Source: a candidate division WOR-3 bacterium (GTDB taxonomy: Bacteria > Hydrothermota > Tepidihabitantia > Tepidihabitantales > Tepidihabitantaceae). From it: a DNA stretch of 40,846 nt. Position numbers and translations under genes: made by a program. How positions within the stretch are numbered: the first letter of the stretch is position 1; each line of letters opens with the position of its first letter. The notes under the pieces were generated by a model. The model was not told the origin of the DNA. It was given only the letters and a program-made list of their open reading frames with translations, and did no database searches. The stretch covers positions 1 through 40,846 of the forward strand of contig CBFGIY010000011.1 of NCBI GenBank assembly GCA_965648935.1, given 5' to 3'. Shown here in pieces: positions 16,633 to 24,457 of this stretch.

Positions 16633-17146
16633 GGTGCCCCCCCGCCTTCATCGCGCTCGACGGCCCGGTCAGCCGGCGGTATTTGTCAACGATGTCCGAG
16701 ACCATATCCGGCTGAATGCGGGTGTAGATGTCCGAATTGACCAGCAGCGCCGGCCCCATATCGCACATCCCGATGCAGTTGGTGTACTCGAGGGTGAACA
16801 TGCCGTCGGGCGTGGTCTCGCCGAACCGGATGCCCAGCTCGTTCTCCAGCTGACGCGCCACGTTGCGCTTGCCCGCAAAATCGCAGGACAGGGTCTGGCA
16901 CAGCCGGATGATGAACCGGCCCTTGGGTTCGGTTGACAGAAACGAGTAGAACGACACGACGCCGTACACCTCGCTCGGGAAGACCCCGAGCTGGTGCGCA
17001 ACCTCCTGCATCGCGAAGTCCGACACGTAGCGGTAGCGGTCCTGCACTGCCACCAGTATCGGCAGCATCCCGTCGCGCTTGTGCTCGTACTTATCGGCCA
17101 GTTCTGCAATCTCCTGGCGCAGTCTTTCTCTTTCGGTTGCCAGCAT
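16625..17146 (-). CDS. hydC: NuoE-like [2Fe-2S] hydrogenase subunit
   Basis: VYGVVSFYSF, CQTLSC and TTPDGMFTLEYTNCIGMCD..P motifs. Confidence 0.9.
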   Translation of the reverse strand: MLATERERLRQEIAELADKYEHKRDGMLPILVAVQDRYRYVSDFAMQEVAHQLGVFPSEVYGVVSFYSFLSTEPKGRFIIRLCQTLSCDFAGKRNVARQLENELGIRFGETTPDGMFTLEYTNCIGMCDMGPALLVNSDIYTRIQPDMVSDIVDKYRRLTGPSSAMKAGGHHG

Positions 17147-17154
17147 GGTGATTC

Positions 17155-17526
17155 CTATTGCCGCAGCAGGCTTTTGACCTTAGCCAGCAGTTCGGACGGC
17201 GCGACCGGCTTGGTGACGAACTCGTCGCACGGCGCCAGCTCGCTGTCCTTGCCGTACTTGTAACCGGTCACCTGCCCGATCGAGGTCAGGATCATTATCG
17301 GCGTCTTGATACCCTTGCGGCGGAGGTCCTGGGCGGCGACAAAGCCGTCGTCGGGCTGCTCCATCATCACGTCGAGGATTATCAGGTCCGGCTTTTCGGT
17401 TTCGACGGCTTTCATCCCGTCGGCGCGGTTATCCGCGCTCGCCACCTGGTAGCCCTCGGCGCCGAGGATGAGCTTCACCGAATCGACGATATCAGGGTCG
17501 TCGTCCACTATCAGTATCTTCGGCAT
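17155..17526 (-). CDS. Single-domain response regulator (receiver only)
   Basis: ILIVDDD, LIILDVMM, ILTS and TKP motifs; AAGGAG RBS; first gene of the hyd operon. Confidence 0.92.
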   Translation of the reverse strand: MPKILIVDDDPDIVDSVKLILGAEGYQVASADNRADGMKAVETEKPDLIILDVMMEQPDDGFVAAQDLRRKGIKTPIMILTSIGQVTGYKYGKDSELAPCDEFVTKPVAPSELLAKVKSLLRQ

Positions 17527-17609
17527 TGCTGCTCCTTGTAAACGCTGCAGACGATAGTCGCTGAGAACATTGGCTGTCGTGAAAATAGCTGCGTCCGACT
17601 TGGACGGCC

Positions 17610-17637
17610 ATTATAGCCCCCAGCCGGGCCTTGGCAA
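17610..17637 (-). promoter_or_regulatory. Promoter for the RR-hydCBA operon
   Basis: TTGCCA-16-TATAAT, followed by a short 5' hairpin CGTCC-N5-GGACG (17592-17606). Confidence 0.65.
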
Positions 17638-17662
17638 GCGCCGCGGCAGTCTGCCTCAACGG

Positions 17663-17697
17663 TTGACTGACCGACTCGTGCGCATATCCTGTTATGC
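17663..17697 (+). promoter_or_regulatory. Histidine kinase promoter with near-palindrome GCATATC-CT-GTTATGC (17682-17697)
   Basis: TTGACT-16-TATCCT. The box matches the hdr operator at 11 of 12 arm positions. Confidence 0.5.
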
Positions 17698-17718
17698 TGG
17701 TTTCTTGGCATTATCCTG

Positions 17719-19053
17719 ATGGCACAGGACGCATCCCCGCACCAGGCAGACCCCGGGTTCGAAGTCAACCCGGCCGCGGTCCAGATGGTGTTGACCGACC
17801 TGCGCGACATCAGCCTTTCCGGCAAATCGCTTTTCGAGGTGCTTGACGCGGTCTACGACACGCTCTACCCCATCATCCCGTTCGACCGCCTCTCGGCCGC
17901 GTTCTACAACGAAGAAACCGGCCTTGTCGTTTCGCGCTGGGTCCGCGGCGAGCGCGAGGCCAAAGGCATCGGCACCGGCTACTGGGCCGAGCTGAAGGGC
18001 TCGTCCCTCGAACCGATACTTCGTACCGGCCGGCCGCGCATCATCAACGACCTCGAAGCCTACCTCGCGGCGCACCCCGAATCCTCCCGCACCCGCGACG
18101 CCTTGCGCGACGGCATCCGCTCCAACCTGACCTGTCCCCTGCTTGCCGGCGCCCGGCCCATCGGCTTTCTGTTCTTCAGTTCGGCGCGCAAGGACTCCTA
18201 CCGGCCCGAGCATATCGACACCTTCCGCGCCGTGGCCGAATCGCTGTCGCTTGCGGTCGAAAAGGTCAAGTACCTCGACGACCTGGCTCAAGCCAAGCGC
18301 AACTACGCGCAGATTCTCTACTTCGTCGCCCACGAACTGAAGGCACCGCTCTCGGCCGTGGTCACGGTCGGCACGACCCTGCTTGAAGGATATGTCGGCA
18401 AGCTCACCCCGGCCCAAGCCGAGAAGGTCAACCGGATGGTCTCCAGCTCCAACCATCTCATCAAGCTTGTGCGCGATTACATCGACCTGTCGCAGATCGA
18501 GACCGGCGAGATGCGCTTCGCGCCGCACCCCGATGTCGACCTTGTTGAGGAAGTGGTGCGGCCGATGCTCGAACTGCAGGAGCCGATGGCCGCGGCCCGC
18601 TCGATGACCGTCACCACCGATCTTGAGAACCTCCTCGCGCCCTGCGACCCGAGGCTCCTGCAGGTCGTATTCAACAACCTGCTGGGCAACGCGGTCAAGT
18701 ACGGCCGGGAGGGCGGGCGCATCGTGGTCCGTCTTGTGCGCCGGGCCCTGTTCGACTACACCGACACCGGCGACCGCATACGCCGCTACTGGGCGGTATT
18801 CTCGGTGCGCAACGACGGCGTCGGGTTCACTCTCGAACAGAAGCAGAAGCTGTTCGGCCGTTTCCAGCGACTGCACCATCCTGAGCACAAGACCGTGGCC
18901 GGGTCCGGCCTTGGTCTGTACATTTCGCGACAGATCGTCCTGAAGCATGGCGGCGAGATGGCCGCCGAGTCCGAGCCTGGCCAGTGGGCCGAGTTCAGCT
19001 TCCGCATACCCCTGCACCAGCAGCCTCACCTGCTTGTCAATGCCCCGGCCTGA
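17719..19053 (+). CDS. Cytoplasmic GAF-domain sensor histidine kinase
   Basis: GAF domain (GIRSNLTCPL), H-box VAHELKAPL, N-box NNLLGNAVKY, NDGVG, F-box and GSGLGL. Confidence 0.92.
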   Translation: MAQDASPHQADPGFEVNPAAVQMVLTDLRDISLSGKSLFEVLDAVYDTLYPIIPFDRLSAAFYNEETGLVVSRWVRGEREAKGIGTGYWAELKGSSLEPILRTGRPRIINDLEAYLAAHPESSRTRDALRDGIRSNLTCPLLAGARPIGFLFFSSARKDSYRPEHIDTFRAVAESLSLAVEKVKYLDDLAQAKRNYAQILYFVAHELKAPLSAVVTVGTTLLEGYVGKLTPAQAEKVNRMVSSSNHLIKLVRDYIDLSQIETGEMRFAPHPDVDLVEEVVRPMLELQEPMAAARSMTVTTDLENLLAPCDPRLLQVVFNNLLGNAVKYGREGGRIVVRLVRRALFDYTDTGDRIRRYWAVFSVRNDGVGFTLEQKQKLFGRFQRLHHPEHKTVAGSGLGLYISRQIVLKHGGEMAAESEPGQWAEFSFRIPLHQQPHLLVNAPA

Positions 19054-19071
19054 AGCCGGGCCGAAGTCTCG

Positions 19072-20577
19072 CTAGCTCTGTTGTCGGCCCGCGTCGGCCA
19101 ACGCCTTGAACTCGGGCGCAAGCACCGGGTACAGGGCGCGGTACCGCTCGTGCAGCCGGCCGTATCGCTGGGCGTCCGGCCCGGGCCGCACCGCGCCGGT
19201 TTCGCGCACTGCCCTGCGGCAGGCCTCTGCCGCGCTCTCGAACACGCCCGCGCCGACCCCGGCCAGGAGCGCCGCGCCGAAAGCCGCGCCCTGCGTCACG
19301 TTGACCGTGACCAGATCCATCCCGAACACATCGGCCATTATCTGTCGCCAGAGACCTGAACCAGCCCCGCCGCCCGACACCCGCACCCGGCTGCACTCAA
19401 CCTTGAGCCGGCAGAGCAGGTCCAGGCAATCCTTCAGGCTGAACGCCACGCCCTCAAGCACTGCCCGCACGAGGTGGGCCCGCCCGTGCGCGAGCGACAG
19501 ACCGAAGAATACCCCGCGCGCGTCCGGATCGGCGTGGGGCGTGCGCTCACCCGAGAGATAAGGCAGGTACACAAGACCATCGGCCCCGGCCGGGACACCT
19601 GCGGCCAGAGCATCCATCGCCGGGTAATCGCTTTCCAGCACGTCGCGCAGCCAGCGCACGCTACCCCCGGCGGCTAGTGTGACGCCCATCATATGCCAGC
19701 GACCCGGCGCGGCGTGGCAATAGGCGTGCAGAGCGCCGGTTGGGTCCGTGACCGGCTGCGCGGTCGCCGCGAAAACCACGCCCGAAGTGCCGATGGTCAC
19801 CGATGTGATGCCTTCGTCGACAATGCCCGTGCCGATGGACTGCGCGGCCTGGTCTCCGGCACCCGCGACTACCGGCGTGCCCGCGCGAAGGCCAGTGGCC
19901 GCCGCGCCCTCCGCGCTTACCTGCGCCGTCACCGCGCTCGACTCGGCCGCCTCCGGCATCAGGCTTTCGTCGATATCCAGCAGACCCAGCAGTTCGCGCG
20001 ACCATCCGCGCCCGGACAGGTCAAACAAATTCGTGCCCGATGCCTCGGCCACGTCCGTCGAAAGCGCGCCGGTCAGCCGCAGCCGGACAAAGTCCTTGGG
20101 CAGGAGCAGCTTTGCGGCCCGCGCGTATACTTCCGGCTCATTCTCGCGCACCCAGAGCAGCTTGCCCGCGGTGAAACCGGTAAGTGCCGGCTTGCCCGTG
20201 ATCGAGATGAGCCGGTCGCGGCCGACCCGTTGCTCGATCTGCACGCACTGCGGCGCGGTGCGCTGATCGTTCCACATGATGCACGGCCTCAACGCCGTGC
20301 CGGCCGCGTCGACCAGCACCAAGCCGTGCATCTGCCCGGTCAGGCCGACTGCGGCCACCCGGCGCGCATCTGCTTCCGTGCCGGCCAGCAGCGCCCGGAC
20401 GCTCTTGACTGCCGCCTGCCACCAGTCCAGCGGGTCCTGCTCTGTCCAGCCTGGACGCGGCACTTGCATCGGGTAGGCGGTCATCGCCTCGGCGACGACC
20501 GCACCCTGGCCATCGACCAGCACGGCCTTGGCCCCGGTCGTGCCGATATCGATTCCCAGCAGCAGGTCAGGTTTCAT
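19072..20577 (-). CDS. xylB: Xylulokinase (FGGY family)
   Basis: GIDIGTTGAK, TGQMHG, WNDQRT, LLPKD, AGAGDQAA, IGTSG, LPYLSGERTPH and GGGA..WRQ motifs. Confidence 0.9.
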   Translation of the reverse strand: MKPDLLLGIDIGTTGAKAVLVDGQGAVVAEAMTAYPMQVPRPGWTEQDPLDWWQAAVKSVRALLAGTEADARRVAAVGLTGQMHGLVLVDAAGTALRPCIMWNDQRTAPQCVQIEQRVGRDRLISITGKPALTGFTAGKLLWVRENEPEVYARAAKLLLPKDFVRLRLTGALSTDVAEASGTNLFDLSGRGWSRELLGLLDIDESLMPEAAESSAVTAQVSAEGAAATGLRAGTPVVAGAGDQAAQSIGTGIVDEGITSVTIGTSGVVFAATAQPVTDPTGALHAYCHAAPGRWHMMGVTLAAGGSVRWLRDVLESDYPAMDALAAGVPAGADGLVYLPYLSGERTPHADPDARGVFFGLSLAHGRAHLVRAVLEGVAFSLKDCLDLLCRLKVECSRVRVSGGGAGSGLWRQIMADVFGMDLVTVNVTQGAAFGAALLAGVGAGVFESAAEACRRAVRETGAVRPGPDAQRYGRLHERYRALYPVLAPEFKALADAGRQQS

Positions 20578-21725
20578 ACTGACTCCAGCGGGGGCAGCGG
20601 TGCGAGTCGCTCCGGGTGCGCGGCCCGGACCCGCACGAGGTACGCCTCGAGCCAGCCCCGCGCCGCGTCAGGCCGGTTGACCGCGGCCGCGACCGCCTCA
20701 TGGTCAAGCCCGTTGATACGGTCGTTGGCCGCGCGCAGAGCGTCCATCGAAATCGCCAGAGCAGTCTCGACCGGCATCCGCTCCGGGTTGATGTCGATGC
20801 CGAACCAGCCGCGGTAGCCGTGCATCTTCAGCACGTAGAGCAGCGCCTCGGTCTGCTCGGGCGCGACCGCGCCGACGTTGAGGTCCTGGTCAAAGTTCCC
20901 CAGTGGCTGGCTGTTGAGGTGCAGGTGCGCCAGCCGCCCCTCGGAAAGCGGCCACGAGTAGGCATAGGGCAGGTCCTCGTATGCCATCAGCGCGTGCCCG
21001 ACCTCGGGATTCAGTCCGACCAGCGCGTGACCCTGCTCAAGCAGCCGCCGGTTCTCCGGATGCGCAAGCCGCGCCTCGACCGCGTGCGCGAGCAGCATCC
21101 CCTCCGGCGTCGTGCCGAAGATGATGCGGCCGCGCGGTTCATAAGGCTTGGGTTCGAACGCGATGCGCACGCCCGGGACCGCATCCATCGCCTCAGCCAA
21201 CCCGCTGATGAACCGGTCGCGCATCGCGGCGAAATCGATGCCGAACGGATTCTCGTAACCATCGATACCCGGCCAGACAATGCAGAACTCGGTATCCAGC
21301 TCGCGGTTCATTTCCAGGGCACGCCGAGTCAGCTCTATGGCGCGTTGCCGCGCCGGCTCCAGGGGACTGGACAGCGAGCCGAACTCGAACTCCGGGTCGC
21401 GGAAGAGCAACGGAATCACCGAAAGCAGCCTGATGCCGGTGTCGCGGCAGAATCCGCGCCACACTTCGCAGTTGTCCTCGTTTATCTCGTTCGGATAGTG
21501 CGCCTCGAGCGCGCCCAGACCCTTGTCCCTCATCCGGGCCGCGATCTCCAGCCGCTCCTCAAGGGACCGCGCCGGGCAGTAGGGTGCGTGGAACCGGCTG
21601 TCCGGCGGCGAGAAGTACCAGATCCCGGCCGAGAACTTCAGCTCCAGTTCGAATCCGCGCAGGTGTTCGACCAGTTCGGTCGGGCTGCGCCGTACCGCCT
21701 GCGAACGCAAATCCGCTATTGCCAT
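20574..21725 (-). CDS. xylA: Xylose isomerase-like sugar isomerase (divergent)
   Basis: WPGIDG, EPKPYEPR, NPEVGH, HLNSQ..FDQDL and metal-ligand Asp in GIDI; translationally coupled to xylB. Confidence 0.7.
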   Translation of the reverse strand: MAIADLRSQAVRRSPTELVEHLRGFELELKFSAGIWYFSPPDSRFHAPYCPARSLEERLEIAARMRDKGLGALEAHYPNEINEDNCEVWRGFCRDTGIRLLSVIPLLFRDPEFEFGSLSSPLEPARQRAIELTRRALEMNRELDTEFCIVWPGIDGYENPFGIDFAAMRDRFISGLAEAMDAVPGVRIAFEPKPYEPRGRIIFGTTPEGMLLAHAVEARLAHPENRRLLEQGHALVGLNPEVGHALMAYEDLPYAYSWPLSEGRLAHLHLNSQPLGNFDQDLNVGAVAPEQTEALLYVLKMHGYRGWFGIDINPERMPVETALAISMDALRAANDRINGLDHEAVAAAVNRPDAARGWLEAYLVRVRAAHPERLAPLPPLESV

Positions 21726-21730
21726 GGCCG

Positions 21731-21817
21731 ATTCTCGACCGCGGTCTGCCGGTTGTCAACGCGGGCGTCCCTGCCCAAGAACATCCGGTTGACTCTCCGG
21801 CCACGCCCCCCTACACT
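21731..21817. promoter_or_regulatory. Back-to-back divergent promoters, both apparently leaderless
   Basis: Minus strand: TTGACA(21754-59)-17-GAGAAT-5nt-ATG 21725. Plus strand: TTGACT(21789-94)-17-TACACT-6nt-ATG 21824. Confidence 0.65.
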
Positions 21818-21823
21818 GGCGCG

Positions 21824-23167
21824 ATGTCTCTGTTGCTCGCCCTGTTCGCCGCTACGCCGGTCGTGCTGTGGGAGACAAGTTACGACGGTCCGGACCACCG
21901 CGAGGACCGCGCCAGCGCGATGGTGACTGACTCGGCCGGCAATGCCTGGCTTGCCGGGTACAGCTTCGTTTCGGACTCCGACTTCCAGTTCACGGTCGCC
22001 GGATTCTCCCCGGCCGGCGAGCTGCTCTGGGTCGATCGCTACGGTTCGCCGCTGCAGAGCGAAGACCGTGCCTGGGCCATCGCCCGCGACTCGGCCGGCG
22101 CCATCGTCGCGACCGGCGGCACGCTCGCCGATACCGCGACCGGCTGGGACTTCCTCACAGTCAAGTACTCGCCCGGCGGCGAACGACTCTGGCTGCGCCA
22201 CCTCGACCTCGGCTGGCGGGGTGATGACAAACCCGCCGCCCTCGCCATCGCGCCGGGCGACTGCCCGGTCGTGGCCGGCGCGGCCCGACGCCGCGGCTCG
22301 CGTACCGACCACGACATCGCTGTTGTCAAATACTCTCCGGCAGGCGAAACGCTCTGGACGCGCCGCTGGGACGGCGCGGCGGCGCGCGACGACCAGGCGG
22401 CCGCGCTTGCGGTCAGCACCGATGCGGTGTATGTCGCGGGCAAGACCGTGACAACGCCGCCGGCAACCGACATCGTCCTGCTCAAGTACCGGCTCGACGG
22501 CACGCTCGTCTGGACCCGCACGCTGGACGGCCCGGCTGGTGCGACCGACTTCCCCGCGCAGGTTGAGCATCGCGCCGGACATATCTACCTCGGCGGCACC
22601 GTTACCGGAACCGGCACCGCCTACGACTGGTGCATCGCGGCCTACGACACCGCCGGCCGCCGGCTGTGGATCCACAACTGGGACGACGCGGGCCGCACCG
22701 ACATCCTCGCCTCTTTCTGCCTCGACCCGGCCGGCAACGTCGTTGCAACCGGTCAGTCGACCGGAGGCGGCACGGGCATCGACGCCCCCGTGCTCAAGCT
22801 TGATACCGCTGGTCGCCGGCTCTGGGTGTACCGCTGCCGCGGCGCCGGCAGCTCGGCTGACCGGGGCTGGTGCGTCACCGTTTCCGAGACCGGCGCCATC
22901 ACCCTGGCCGCGAACTCGGCCGCGTCCGGCGGCTTCGGCGAACTCGTGCTTCTCGGCCTCTCGGCTTCCGGCGACAGCCTGTGGGCTCATCGCCGCGCGA
23001 ACCCGTCGGCAGGCGAAACCCGGCCGGTCGGGCTGGCCCTGCTTGGCGATACCGGGCGGCAGCACCACCTGCCTGAGGTTCTCTGCGGTGGCTCGACGCA
23101 CACGGATTCTTCCGGGTCGGACTGGTTCCTGTTGCGGCTCGACCCGGTGCCCCCGGCTGAACGCTGA
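21824..23167 (+). CDS. Secreted beta-propeller repeat protein (SBBP-like), 447 aa
   Basis: Short hydrophobic signal and ~7-8 repeats of W-x3-Y/W-x-G...D-x-A-x-A-x-A-x-D..G....G..D...KY..G. Confidence 0.75.
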   Translation: MSLLLALFAATPVVLWETSYDGPDHREDRASAMVTDSAGNAWLAGYSFVSDSDFQFTVAGFSPAGELLWVDRYGSPLQSEDRAWAIARDSAGAIVATGGTLADTATGWDFLTVKYSPGGERLWLRHLDLGWRGDDKPAALAIAPGDCPVVAGAARRRGSRTDHDIAVVKYSPAGETLWTRRWDGAAARDDQAAALAVSTDAVYVAGKTVTTPPATDIVLLKYRLDGTLVWTRTLDGPAGATDFPAQVEHRAGHIYLGGTVTGTGTAYDWCIAAYDTAGRRLWIHNWDDAGRTDILASFCLDPAGNVVATGQSTGGGTGIDAPVLKLDTAGRRLWVYRCRGAGSSADRGWCVTVSETGAITLAANSAASGGFGELVLLGLSASGDSLWAHRRANPSAGETRPVGLALLGDTGRQHHLPEVLCGGSTHTDSSGSDWFLLRLDPVPPAER

Positions 23168-23223
23168 CCGCAACGCGTCGGTGCTTGACTCGGGCCGAGC
23201 TTGGCCTAATCTGAAACAACGCT

Positions 23224-23589
23224 ATGGCCAAGAGAATACTTGTAGTTGACGACGAACCGACGGTCCGCCTGCTCATCGAGAAACAGCTTCAGGCCGCGGG
23301 ATACGAAGTGGACGCCTGCGGTGACGGCCGCTCGGCTCTGCGTGCGGCGCGTGAGAACCGGCCGGACCTGGCCATCTTCGACCTGACAATGCCCGGGCTG
23401 GACGGCTACTCGCTGGTGACGATGTTCCGCCGCGACACCAGCCTGCGCGTGCCGATAATCGTGTTGTCCGGCCGGGTCAAGGAGATGGACATCCAGGCCG
23501 CGCTTGATGCCGGCGCCGACGCCTTCATCGCCAAGCCGGCCGACCGCGAGACACTGCTGGCCAAGGTCGCGGAGCTGCTCGCCCGCTAG
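23224..23589 (+). CDS. Single-domain response regulator (CheY-like)
   Basis: ILVVDDE, IFDLTMPGLDG, VLSG and GADAFIAKP motifs; promoter TTGACT-16-TAATCT at 23185-23212. Confidence 0.92.
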   Translation: MAKRILVVDDEPTVRLLIEKQLQAAGYEVDACGDGRSALRAARENRPDLAIFDLTMPGLDGYSLVTMFRRDTSLRVPIIVLSGRVKEMDIQAALDAGADAFIAKPADRETLLAKVAELLAR

Positions 23590-24457
23590 CCGGCTTCTCA
23601 ACACTCACCCCTGTCCGCCCGCGGCGGCCGTAGACCGGCAGTCGCCATTCCTCATTCGACAGTCCCGGGAGGCTCTCCGGCTTGTAGTAAAGCGTGATCG
23701 TGCGTGCCACCGTCGAACCCCAGACACCGACACCGTTCTCCAGTCGGAATGTGTCCAGCGAACCTCCGCGGCCCTGTCCGAACCCGCCCGAAAGCACCCA
23801 CTGGTAGTAGTTCGTATCCAGCGCGCACAGCGTGAAGCTGTGCCAGCCCTCTCGGTAACCGAAGAGGAAGAACAGCCGAGGCAGGCGATAGTACAGGCTG
23901 TCCAGGTTGCCGCCGGTCGTGTCGTTGGGCGCGATGAGATTGACGGCCAGCGTGTCGAACAAGAATGGCATATAGTAGCCGGCCGCTGTCCGGCTGCGTG
24001 TCCAGACCATCGAATCGCGCAGGCTCACGGTGTCGCCATCACGCGGCCAGACGATGTCAAACTCACCCGGCACGACCGTACGACCGCGCACCGTGTCGAA
24101 CTCCCGGTGAGCGACCTCAAGCCACACGGTGTCGAAGTAGCTCGGGCAGAGCGAATCGACGGCCCTGTACTTGTCCCCGCCGAGGTAGGTGCAGGCGGTG
24201 GTCTCGCGCAGCGTCCACATCCGCACGGTTGCCCCGGGGAAGTCGACGCTGAAAGGCTCGTCGATCGGGTAAGTCCGGTTGACGCTCACTATCGGCCGAC
24301 AGCCGCCCGCCGCGTGCAGCCCGTGCACCGACAGCACCGGCGCGAACTCGGCCCCGCCCTCGTCGCACCCCGCCAGCAACGCGAGAACCCCCAGCACTGC
24401 CAGAGCGCTCCGGCTTCGCAGTCCGGTCAATCGGGTCGCCTCTTTCGAACCTGCCAT
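23525..24457 (-). CDS. Lipoprotein partner of the TonB receptor (DUF4249-like)
   Basis: Lipobox LLAGC and C-terminal ENGVGVWGS. ATG overlaps the TonB receptor stop (TGATG). Confidence 0.75.
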   Translation of the reverse strand: MAGSKEATRLTGLRSRSALAVLGVLALLAGCDEGGAEFAPVLSVHGLHAAGGCRPIVSVNRTYPIDEPFSVDFPGATVRMWTLRETTACTYLGGDKYRAVDSLCPSYFDTVWLEVAHREFDTVRGRTVVPGEFDIVWPRDGDTVSLRDSMVWTRSRTAAGYYMPFLFDTLAVNLIAPNDTTGGNLDSLYYRLPRLFFLFGYREGWHSFTLCALDTNYYQWVLSGGFGQGRGGSLDTFRLENGVGVWGSTVARTITLYYKPESLPGLSNEEWRLPVYGRRGRTGVSVEKPASGRAAPRPWPAVSRGRPAWR

